From positions 62,001-126,000 of the forward strand of contig JAIVFI010000037.1 in NCBI GenBank assembly GCA_025558095.1: a DNA stretch of 64,000 bases, read 5' to 3'. The notes beneath the pieces were generated by a model, which worked only from the letters and a program-made list of their open reading frames with translations, searched no databases and was not told the origin of the DNA. The stretch's first letter is position 1. Every line of letters starts with the position of its first letter. The position numbers and the translations under genes were made by a program. Of the stretch, positions 50,418 through 60,424 are shown piece by piece. Origin of the DNA: Hyaloraphidium curvatum SAG 235-1 (lineage: Eukaryota > Fungi > Monoblepharomycota).

Positions 50418-51511
50418 CTACTTGGACACAGCACCAGCAGCGCTCTGGATCGCCCCTTGGGCGCCGTCAGACGCGGCCTGGATGGCTCCCTGTGCACCCT
50501 CGGATGCCTTGCCGAGGAGCTGGCTCAGGCTGTCCTTCAGCTCGCTACCGGAGCCCTGGAGCTTTTCCGCCAGCGCGTTGAAGTCCGTGCCTTCGGGCAA
50601 GACGCCCTTGAGCTGCTCGCCGAGCTTCGAGATGTCGAAACCGCCTTCACCGCCGGTCAGCTTGGCGCTGAGGGCCTTGAAGTCGAGCTTCGACAGGTCG
50701 GTGCCCTCCGGCAGGACGCCCTTGAGCTGCTCGGTGATCTTGCTAAAGTCCAGCGATCCACCCTCGCCCGAACCCAGGGCGGCCTTGATCTTCTCCCCGA
50801 TCGCGGAGACATCGGTGCCCTCGGGAACCAGCCCCTTAAGCTGCTCGCCAATCTTCGAAAAGTCCAGGCTGCCGCCCTCGCCCGTGAGCTTGCTGAGGTC
50901 GAACTTCGACAGGTCGGTGCCTGGCGTGTCGCGAGTGAGTGATTGCAAGGAGGGCCGAAGCGCGAGAAAGTCCACCTTCAGGCAGGTGAGAGCTGATCGA
51001 CGACTTGATCTTCTCGAGGTCGAGGTTACCCGCGAGCTTCTGCAGCGACTAGAGGCACGCTGTCAGCATTTGGTTCCGAGACGCGCCGGAGAACGGACCT
51101 CCTGGATGTTGCCGCCACCCTCGCCAAGGCTGTCCTTCAGCGACGACACGATGCCGCCGAGACCCTCCTTTCCGTCGCCGACGGCATCCGTCAGCTTGCC
51201 GAGTAGGCTCTGGAGGCCCTGCTGGCCCTCGCCGACGGCGCCCTCGGCCGAGTTGGAGATGGCACCAAGGAGGCCCTGGAGGGCGTCGCCGACGCTCTGC
51301 TGCTCGACGAGAACGAAGCGTTAGCGCAAATCGATGCCGGGACCAATAGCTGCGCGGCATGGGCGCGCGCCGGGTGGCCGCGAGTTCTGAATAGCTGGCC
51401 GACGGGTGGCGGTCCCGCTCGACGACCGAGGCACCCGCGGCTCGAGAGGCCGTCGCCGCCGCGGCCATCGCATCGCAGCACGCATGCCCTCGTGCTCACC
51501 TGCTCAGCCAT
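50418..51511 (-). CDS. Small Gly/Leu/Lys-rich amphipathic repeat protein
   Basis: Four exons starting MAEQ. Repeated DFSKI.EQLKGVLPEGTD units. Confidence 0.7.
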
Positions 51512-51762
51512 TGCTAACGGGTTTCGGTGGGTTCGGACGAAGCAGATGGTGCTATTCGCGGGGTCCCTTCCGGCGGCGGTCGAGGACCCCGCGGCGTCGC
51601 CAGGACCCTGACCTGAAGCAGACCGAGTCGTTGGTGCTGAGCGCAATCACCATATAATCATAGAAATAGACAGCAAACGAAGCTCAATAGCTAGCTACGA
51701 CCCGTACCATGCACCCAGCTTGTCACTTCCGCCAGCCAAACCACCCTGGATCGTCAGTTCCG

Positions 51763-53097
51763 TCAGTCAAACCATCCGGGATCGTGCGCCTCGCCAGCGC
51801 CCGGTGGAGCATTGCCCTTCGAAATTTCCCAGACGTTGGGGCACATGTCGGCGAGCCGGCTCCTGTTCCGCCCCACGATCGTCACAGAGCCCCTCCACCA
51901 GGGTGAGCCAGCTGACTTTGCCGCGGCGACGTCCTCGAACGTCGAACTCCACCACCAGAGGCCGGCCTGAAGGCGGGGCAGCCTCCGCGGATCCTTGGCG
52001 AAGCCGTTTAGGTGAACGATCGCGGGCACCGATCCAGTGATGTTGTGGCGCCAGAAACGCGTCGGCGCGGCGGGCTCGGGGGTCCCCGCGAGCTCCATTT
52101 CCCGATCGTGGGACCAGTGAGATGAGTAGGATAGCCGAGAAGCATAGTCCAGCTTCACTCCGAGGCCATAGAGGCTCGCGTTCAGGACCAACCAGCTGGC
52201 CAGCGCTTGGTCATCAAGTGGATCGCTGCGCGAATTGCCCATCCAATGACGATAAGGAACCAGATAAAGCAGCATAGAATAGAAGGACAGGAGTGTAGAG
52301 CGGGTTCCAGCAAAGACACCCGTGTTGAGGTACCGCTGCCACAGCTTGTGAGGCTTCGGAGAAGCCAATGGCGGAGGCAGTTCTGGATAACCCGTTCCGG
52401 CGCCTCGTTTGGCGTCCTCTGCCTCTCGCTCCACGTCGGAAGGCCAGGTCTTGGTCGGAAAAGAGGCACAAAAGTCGTACGCTTTCGATCGGGAATCCAG
52501 TGTCGCGTTCCACGCTCCCCAGACGAACCACGGGGAGCACCAAGCCTCTGCGCTCATGACCATGGTCCTTTCCCTGCCACCCTCCGCCGCCAGGACCTCG
52601 AAGCGGCGCAGAATCTCTTCCGGGCCAACCTGTGCGAGCGCGTCGAACGCGTCGACGAAAAGGAGCACGTCGTCCGGCGCCTGCCGCGCGACCCAGGAGA
52701 GGGTGTGCACCCACTTGCCCATCGTGGGGTGGAAAAAGGCAGGGTGCGGAATACTCATCTCGATCCTCGCCCTGGCCTCCGGCGCAGGGTCGGGGATGTG
52801 GGGACCTTCGCCCCAGAGCAGCGTGCCGTGGATGTTGTTCGCGACCCAGCCCTTGGCGACGTGGCAGATGCTCACGTTCCCGTGGCTGACGCGATCCGCC
52901 CACGAGAACACGCGGAGAGCTCGAGGGGATGACCGTGCTGGCCGGTCCGTTGTCCGTGGCGGAAGGGGCACGTCCGCAGCCGCATCTGGGCACACGGGAC
53001 ACGTGGCAACGGGTGATCCGGTCCTCGAATAGCTCCATACAAGAAGGAAGCATGCCGTAACGAGCGCTGCCGTCGAGAGGGAACCGAACCGGATCAT
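51763..53097 (-). CDS. Type II membrane glycosyltransferase, PLOD GT-domain-like
   Basis: N-terminal TM; LLFVDAFD, SAEAWCSP, RYLNTGVFAG, DDQ, LDY and PAIVHLNG motifs. Confidence 0.82.
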   Translation of the reverse strand: MIRFGSLSTAALVTACFLLVWSYSRTGSPVATCPVCPDAAADVPLPPRTTDRPARSSPRALRVFSWADRVSHGNVSICHVAKGWVANNIHGTLLWGEGPHIPDPAPEARARIEMSIPHPAFFHPTMGKWVHTLSWVARQAPDDVLLFVDAFDALAQVGPEEILRRFEVLAAEGGRERTMVMSAEAWCSPWFVWGAWNATLDSRSKAYDFCASFPTKTWPSDVEREAEDAKRGAGTGYPELPPPLASPKPHKLWQRYLNTGVFAGTRSTLLSFYSMLLYLVPYRHWMGNSRSDPLDDQALASWLVLNASLYGLGVKLDYASRLSYSSHWSHDREMELAGTPEPAAPTRFWRHNITGSVPAIVHLNGFAKDPRRLPRLQAGLWWWSSTFEDVAAAKSAGSPWWRGSVTIVGRNRSRLADMCPNVWEISKGNAPPGAGEAHDPGWFD

Positions 53098-53276
53098 GGA
53101 GGGCGCGGTGCGCGATCAAACGAGACAATCGAATCGGCGTCGCCTCCGACTTCATATTATAGTAGGCACGACGCCCAAAGAAAACAGCGAGAATGGGTAG
53201 ATTTAGTCGAATCAGTACATGCAGAGCGTGCCGATCAATCCTTGATAGCTCTTGAGCTCCAGCCGCGTCTCCAGTC

Positions 53277-53409
53277 CCTCCACGATCACTTCCGACTCTT
53301 CCAGGATCGCTCCTCACTTCTCCTCCAGCTTAGCCTTGAGGTCCTCCACGATCGCCTCCGACTCTTCCAGGATGGCCCATCACTTCTTCTCCAGCTTGGC
53401 CTTGAGGTC
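53277..53409. repeat. 66-bp tandem repeat spanning the SRPBCC stop codon
   Basis: Two copies of cctccacgatc.c.tccgactcttccaggat...tcacttct.ctccagctt.gccttgaggtc. Confidence 0.85.
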
Positions 53410-54143
53410 GCCGAGAGCCTCCTTCTTCTTGTACTTCGAATCCTCGACGACGGCAAGGGCCTGATCTCCGGCCGACGAGAATTCGGTCGTCCACGAGACG
53501 AAGGTCGAGTTGTCGGCGGTGACGCGGTGGAGAGTGATCGTGTGGTTCGCGCCGAGGTACGAAGGAGCCGGCGTGGCCGTCACGAGCTCCCAGCTGAGCG
53601 AGGGCGTCAGATCTGGGGGAGGAACACGTCGCAGGGGATAGAACAGGAGGAATCGAGGGACCAGAGGTAATCCGCGACACATGCAATGCCATCGACACGA
53701 AAGATGAGAGGCAGGATGGCGGAAACGCGTCTGGGAATGCCCACCGCTGAGTTCAACCAGGCGAATGACCTGGTTGGAGCCGTCCTTGTATTCGACCGTT
53801 CGGGTGCTCCCGCCGACCTGATCCGGGGCACCGCCCTCGACCTTGGAGCTTTTGACGGCCGACCAGAACGACGAGAGGTCGAGGGGCCGGATCTGGGATG
53901 CGTCGCGACGTCAGCAACGAGGGAAGAGGCGCGCCCTCGGCATCCCGCCGATGCGCCCTCGCAACGACTCGATGGAGATGCCAACGAGCCGAACAAGACG
54001 CCTTGGGAGGGGAACGCACCGTTGCCCAAACGTCTTCCAGGGGGGCTCCAATGACGACCGACTCGACCTTCAAGACGCGTCGTCAGCCATACTCCGGCGG
54101 CCCATCGCGGCGACGCTCTCACGCTGCGGGTTGCGGACTGCAT
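53380..54143 (-). CDS. Bet v1/SRPBCC (polyketide cyclase-like) protein
   Basis: Spliced VESVVIGAPLEDVWAT-IRPLDLSFW...TITLHRVTADNSTFVSWTTEFS...DSKYKKKEALGDL. Confidence 0.8.
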
Positions 54144-54345
54144 TTTTGACGTTTCGATGAGGGGATTCGACCGGGTGTCTCGGCTGAATGGAATGCGGTA
54201 GAAGCTTGACGCTGCACCTCCAGCCGTGTGCGCTGAGTTCGAATCACGGAGCACAACCCCCGGTCCAAGGCTATATGGAGCGTCTCCTACATACGCAAGC
54301 CCATGAATCCAATAGATAGACAACTTACGTCGCGCCCTCGGGGGC

Positions 54346-56401
54346 TCACACCTTGACCGCCGCGTCCTGCAACTTCGCGGTCTCCTTGGCCACCTCGGCC
54401 CCCTCCGACGCGGCCTCCGAGTCGACCTCCCCGCCGAGCGCCCTCATCTCCGCCTCGAGCTGCTTGATCTCCTCGTCAGACACGGTCTTGAGCGGCCCCT
54501 TGTACCGCGTCCGTGCCCAGAGCAGCCAGAAGAGCTCAACGCCGATAAGGAAGGCAGCCATTACCAGGGGAGCAAAATTGAAGTTACTGAGGTCGCTGGC
54601 GATGGGCATCTCGGTCTGCGGTGCCGGAGGGGTCAGGCAAAGATCAGCGGAAGGTTGGCGCCCGGACGAACCGGCAGCATGAAGATCACGAAGAGGAAGG
54701 CGACAAAGATCACGGCGATCCATCCGCTGGCAAACGTGTAGCGTCCGAGGTTGAACGGCCCCGGAACGAAAGTGTTTCTTGCAACCTGATGATCGGTGGT
54801 CCGATGAGAAGAGCTCAGCGATCGCCGCAGCCCGACTCACCGTGATGCGGAAGAAGGTCGGAATGACGCATGACACGAAGAAGCACGCGGTGCTGATCGA
54901 GGTCATGGCCGGAAAAACGAGGTCCGAGAAGAGCGTGAACATGCCCAGGACGAGGGTGATGAAGGTCGTGAGGAGGATGGCCCTGACGGGGCTTTTGAAG
55001 CGGGGGTTGATGTGGTACCAGAACCCGCTGTACGGGAGCGCCTTGTCCCGAACCAGGGAGAAGAACATCCTCGATGTGACGACCACGGAGGCGCACGAGG
55101 TCATGAGGAACGAGATCATCATGATGGCGAGGAACGCAGTGGTCGGGCCCAGGCCGACCGTGTCGAGCCACATCTGCACGAAGGCGTCGTAGTCGCTGTT
55201 GAGTGTGGCTTCGAGGTCCTGCACGATGAAGAACTGGCAGCACCAGAGGAAGAATCCGCCGACGAATCCGAAGACGCAGGTCCAGACGAGCGACCAGCTT
55301 GCGCTGGTGCTCGAGGCGGTCGTTTCCTCGGCGATGTGCGACGATGCGTCGAAGCCAACGATGTTCCACGCCGCGGGGAGCAGTCCGATGAGTGCAACGA
55401 GCACGTTAGAGTCCCACCCGGTGTAATTCTGAAACTCCAAGAAGACGAACGATCCAGATTGGAGCGTGGGTGCCGTGCACAACGGCCAGATGGCGATTAT
55501 GATGGTACCTGGCAAGAACGAGTAAGCCTGAGAGGTCTCCCACGACCTCTCTCGACAGTACCGATCATCACAAAGTACGAAGTCCATTGCGAGATCATCG
55601 GGAGCCAGTGCTCGCCGAAAATGTTGATACCTGGCGATCCGGACGTCAGAAACGGCGTGCGGCGACCCCCAGGCCAGTCAACTCACATGCGACGAGGACG
55701 AGGAACAGCACGTAGAAGCCGTACTCGACGTTCCTGAACTCTTGGATCTCGGGAGACCATTCCGAGTTGATCTCCCACATCAGGAGCACAAGGTACGCCG
55801 ACCCCTGACAGGCGTTCGCCAGGCCAGCCACGTTCGCGAAGTAGTTCATCCAGGCCGTGTTCCAGGCAGCAAACGGCCCCCACTTCTCGCCTCCCAGCTT
55901 GTAGGCGAACAGGTAGAGCCCGCCCATGGACGGGAACGCGGAGCAGAGCTCGGCCATGGAGAGCGCGACGCAGCCGACGAGCAGCGAGACGGGGAGGAAG
56001 GACCACATGACCGTGGCAGGGCCACCGGTGGTCAGGGCGTAGTTCTGGTTTGTGGGCAAGGAGTGGTTGATCACGAAGGGGTGGGTGGGGCAGGTCAGCT
56101 TGAATCTCCGGGATTCCGCCCCATTCCGAGGTACCCACCATGAGCGGAACATTGAGCAGCACGCAGACGTTGACGTACTGCCGGAATGCGCCCGGGGGAA
56201 CGGCGGAATCAGCATCCTCCCGGATACGCTCGACGCGCGAGGACCGGAACGCACGTTGAGCGCGAACGTCGTGATCCGGTTGAACGGCCGGTCGGTCTCC
56301 TGCTTGTACCCGAGGTTCGCGAGCACCATGCGGTCCTCGATGGGTATCTCCTTCTCGGCGAGGCCAAAGAGCTTCCGCAGAAAACCCTGACTCTCGAACA
56401 T
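54346..56401 (-). CDS. Amino acid permease (APC superfamily, GABA/choline/polyamine permease type)
   Basis: LANLGYKQE, TGGPATVMW, SMAELCSAFPSMGGLY, GFDASSHIAEET, SRMFFSLVRDKALP and P.RA motifs. Confidence 0.93.
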
Positions 56402-57084
56402 CTCGGCGGGGGCGCGGCGGCGCGGGGGCGGGAGCGGCGGGGGCGGGGAGAGGGACTTATGGGGAGCCGGCGCGGCCGCTGTGCCCGGCGGGGGGGGGGA
56501 CGGCGCGGGAAGCGCGGGGGGAGGGGAGATACGGCCGCGGGTTTCGCGCCTGAAGGCTGGCTGATCGGGGCGGTGCGATGCCGCCCAGTTGACTCGCCGG
56601 CCGCAGCTCAGCACGGCCGGACCGACTCCATCCGTTGTACAACGCCGTCGTATCCTTCCGAAGCTAATGGGGATGCGATCGGTGGGCTGGGATCGGCGGG
56701 ATTCCAGGCCCCGGGCGGTGATGGGAGGGGGTGGCGCGGGACCCATCATCGGCGCCCGATGGTGTTGCGCTCCGGGGCGCCGAGACGCGGGGAATCATCC
56801 GACATTCGTGGAAAATGAATCATGACTTATATGCTGCGGGGATGCTGGCTGCTTGGAATGATCGCAGGCGGCTACGGGGGTGGAATATGCGGGCCGCCTT
56901 GCGTACACGTGAGAACGATCGGCCCCGAGGCGCTTCCGGCCGAACACCTCGAACGGGACCGAGCGCCGGCCGTAATCCGGCTTCCCTTAGTCCATCCGAT
57001 ACGCGGATCCATCTAGTCCGCTAGCTCCAATACACCCGCCCATGGCGTCTCGCCAACCGTGCCAAAGCTCCCTCCTTGCCGTCG

Positions 57085-58395
57085 TCACACCTTCGCCTCC
57101 GCACCCTCCCCTCCGCTACGTTCCCCAACCACTTCCCCCTCTCCCTCCCCCAGATCCGCCTCCTCCTCCTGCGCCGCGGCCACCAACCCCCTCTCCACCT
57201 CGACGCTCGCCACCTCCCTGATCGATATCCCCCCTTCCCCACCGGGCACCGCGACGAACCCCTCCGCGGCCGGCGGCGCGCCGCACAGCGCCCTCGTCAG
57301 CCCCTTTCCCACGTTCACGCCGACGAAGCCGAGGACGACCAAGGCGCCGCCGGCGACGTGGAAGGGCGTCGGCACGCTCCCCTTGAGGAGAAAGTCGCCC
57401 AGCACCGCGAGGGGGATGGTCAGCGAGAGGCCGACGGTGACGACGAGCGGCGTGACGAGGACGACGGCGAGCAGCCAGAGGAGGTCCGAGAGCGCGGTGC
57501 CCACGCAGGCGTTGAGCGCCAGCGCGCCGGCCGTCCGCGCGGGCAGGGAAGAGGGGAAGGGTTCCAGACCGAAGAGGTGGAGCGGGATGAAGGCGGGCCA
57601 GAGGAGGGCGACGTTCCACAGGCCTACGAAGCCGAGGAAGAGGACGGGGGAGGTGCGCGGGGGGAGGCGGTGCAGGAGGACGGAGTAGCCGGCGTACAGG
57701 GCGGCCGAGAGCAGCGCAGCGGCGTCCCCCGGCAGGGTGCGGGGGCGGGCGGCGGCGCCGTCGTCGAGCGAGACGGCGACGACGCCCAGCAGCGAGAGGA
57801 GCACCGAGGCCAGCTGCACGGGGTCGACGGGGGTGCCCTCGGCGAGGTACGAGAGCGCGAGGGTCCAGAGGCCCGAGGTGGAGGCGAGGATGGTGGCGGA
57901 GGAGACCGAGGTGAGAGAGAGGGCGAGGTTGGAGCAGTAGTTTGCGGCGAACCACAGCAGGCAGAATGCCAGCGAGAGGGCCGCGGTGTTGCGTGCCGGG
58001 ACCGGCTCCGAGACCGAGTCGGGGACGTCCTCCTCGATGTCGGACGGCGGGGCGACTCCGCCGTCCGCGGCCTCCGCCTTGCGCGCCCTGCCGACCCAGG
58101 TCGCCCACCAGTCCGCCCACCGCACGCCGGCGCGGTCGGAGCGCGCCACGGCGGCGCCGAACCCGAACGCCAGCGCGGCGGCGCGCGCCCCGGCGGGCAG
58201 CAGGTACACGGCGAACGACGCCGTGTTGACGAACGTGACGAAAAAGGGCGCGTCGATGTCCGCGTAGATGTCCTGCGTGAGGAACGACGACGCCGTCCAA
58301 ATCAGCACGACGGCGCCGACCAGCAGCAGCCCGAGGGCGCGGGGCCCCAGCCGGGCCGGCGGCGGCGGGCCCAGCGCGGCGTCGATGTCCGCCAT
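57085..58395 (-). CDS. DMT-superfamily transporter (SLC35F/Thi74-like)
   Basis: PFFVTFVNTASF, LWFAANY..NLALSLTSVSSATILASTSGLWTL and TPLVVTVGLSLTIPLA. Confidence 0.9.
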   Translation of the reverse strand: MADIDAALGPPPPARLGPRALGLLLVGAVVLIWTASSFLTQDIYADIDAPFFVTFVNTASFAVYLLPAGARAAALAFGFGAAVARSDRAGVRWADWWATWVGRARKAEAADGGVAPPSDIEEDVPDSVSEPVPARNTAALSLAFCLLWFAANYCSNLALSLTSVSSATILASTSGLWTLALSYLAEGTPVDPVQLASVLLSLLGVVAVSLDDGAAARPRTLPGDAAALLSAALYAGYSVLLHRLPPRTSPVLFLGFVGLWNVALLWPAFIPLHLFGLEPFPSSLPARTAGALALNACVGTALSDLLWLLAVVLVTPLVVTVGLSLTIPLAVLGDFLLKGSVPTPFHVAGGALVVLGFVGVNVGKGLTRALCGAPPAAEGFVAVPGGEGGISIREVASVEVERGLVAAAQEEEADLGEGEGEVVGERSGGEGAEAKV

Positions 58396-58904
58396 GCCTC
58401 CCGCGGGGTGCCGCTGCGGCTCCGGTCGGTGCCGGCTCGCCCCGAGATTGGCCCGGGGGCCTCAATGGGTGCCGGTCTCCAGGCGGCTGCCCCGGCACGC
58501 TATGCGGCTCTGCGGCGCGGGTGGCGCGCCGCGCTCTGCCGGGCCGCGGCCATCTATCTGCCGCTGTGCGTTTGCAATGCCGGGAGACTGGGGCGTTTGG
58601 GGCTCTCCGGCCGCTGCGATTGCGTCGGGTAGGCAAACCCCTTATTTACAACCTGCGAGGTCAGACGCTTTTGTTACTGGCCACTCACGCTGACCGCGGC
58701 TCGCTTGGCACGATGTCGTGAGTAGCGCCGGCCGGCACGGGGACGGGGGACGGGAGGGGATTGCGGGCGACGTGGCGGAGGGAGGCGGAGGCCCGGCGGG
58801 CTCGAACGGCGCGGCAGACGGCGCGCACGGACGACGTCCGGTTCCTCCTCCTCCCGGCGACCCCCTCCCACTCCTTCCCCCATTTCCCCCCCAACTCTTC
58901 CAGC

Positions 58905-59840
58905 ATGCTGACGACCGCCCCCTCCAGGCGCTCCAAAATCGTGAAGCCCGCGGGCCAGAACCCGGACGAGCTGGAGAACCAGGTCGCGGCCAACCTCGCC
59001 GACCTGGAGAACGTGGCGGAGCTCAAGGCGGACCTGCGGCCGCTGCAGATCACCGCCGCGAAGGAGGTGCGCTCGGTTGCGCGCGGGATGGCGGGACGGA
59101 GGGCTGACGACGGGTTCCCCTGCGTGCGCATCTTCGCCTTTGCCGACGTGCCTCGACGACCGCGACCTGCCTTCTCTCGCCGTGCTTCCCCGCCGTGCTT
59201 CCCCGCGCGTGCCGCTCTTTCCCCTCCTCCCCGCCTTCTGCCCATCGTCGCTCGTCTCCTTCTCCGCACACGCTCCCTCGGCTCCCTTAGCTCGACGTCG
59301 GCCACGGCAAGAAGGCCATCCTCATCTACGTCCCCCCTCCCCTCCTCAAGTCCTTCCACAAGATCCAGCCGAGGCTGGTCCGCGAGCTCGAGAAGAAGTT
59401 CTCGGAGCGGCACGTCCTTTTCGCGGCGCAGCGCCGGATCCTGGGCAAGCCCGGCAAGGGCACGCGGTCCAAGCAGAAGCGGCCGCGGAGCCGCACGCTC
59501 ACGTCGGTGCACGAGAAGCTGCTGGAGGACCTGGTGTACCCGACCGAGATTGTCGGGAAGAGGACCAAGGTGCGGACGGACGGGAGCAAGGTCACGAAAG
59601 TGTGGGTGTCTCTCTCCCTGCCGCCGTGCCTGCGCGGCCGTGCTGACCTCCACGGCCCCCCTCGCGAACGATTCCGTCGACCTCCTTCGCCGGCCCCTTG
59701 AAAACAGCTTCCTCGACCGCAAGGACCACACCTCGCTCGAGTACAAGCTCGACACCTTCTCGGCCGTGTACAAGAAGCTCACGGGCAAGGACGTGGTCTT
59801 CGAGTTCCCCAAAGAAGGGACCTACGTGGGCCAGGACTAG
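58905..59840 (+). CDS. RPS7: 40S ribosomal protein S7 (eS7)
   Basis: Exons 58905-59066, 59291-59601 and 59708-59840. [36 protein letters not shown] and [14 protein letters not shown]. Confidence 0.97.
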   Translation: MLTTAPSRRSKIVKPAGQNPDELENQVAANLADLENVAELKADLRPLQITAAKEVRSVARGMAGRRADDGFPCVRIFAFADVPRRPRPAFSRRASPPCFPARAALSPPPRLLPIVARLLLRTRSLGSLSSTSATARRPSSSTSPLPSSSPSTRSSRGWSASSRRSSRSGTSFSRRSAGSWASPARARGPSRSGRGAARSRRCTRSCWRTWCTRPRLSGRGPRCGRTGARSRKCGCLSPCRRACAAVLTSTAPLANDSVDLLRRPLENSFLDRKDHTSLEYKLDTFSAVYKKLTGKDVVFEFPKEGTYVGQD

Positions 59841-60424
59841 GCTTGTACAGCAGCTGGGGCAATTGATGGCTTCGGAATGAGCTCGTGCGTGGTGGGAAGG
59901 GGGTGGGGAGTCCGGTTGGGTGGTGGTGCGGGGCGTCCGAGACGAGGGCCACCGTTCGGATCGCGCTGCCTCCCAGGGGAACCCTGATCGAAGTCGCACG
60001 CAACGCGGGTTCATCGTTGTCCGCTGTGGCACTTCGGTGCGGCGCGCGGTGTGGTTGAGTCCGATCAGATCTCTATCACAGGCTCTGAGTCCGATCACCG
60101 CCCGCCGCGCGTCGAATCCTACCGTCCGCCGCGGGACACCCGCCTTCCACCGGGCAAGATCGGATCCCGCTAGGCATTGTCGGAATTGTTCCGTGCGTTT
60201 ACGGGGGTTAGGACGCCGATGATTGACACCTGGATGAGCGCGGGCGTGTCCCGTCCAGTCCGGGACTTGGCACCTGCTCGTTCGGCCGCAGGAAACGGAT
60301 AGCGGGGCAAAAGGCATTCTGATGTCTATGGCTTTAGTGGCAAGGCGATACTCGCCCTACTGCAACGAACGAACGAACGAATAGGAATGGGGATCTCGCC
60401 TTTTTCAATGCGCGGTCGGGTGCA

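Noticed and set aside
53314-53382. Selenocysteine recoding of the in-frame TGAs
   Set aside because: Not a redox-motif context and no SECIS was recognised; the first TGA matches the normal family C-terminus.
59067-59290. Intronic snoRNA in the long RPS7 intron
   Set aside because: No convincing C/D or H/ACA box arrangement was seen.
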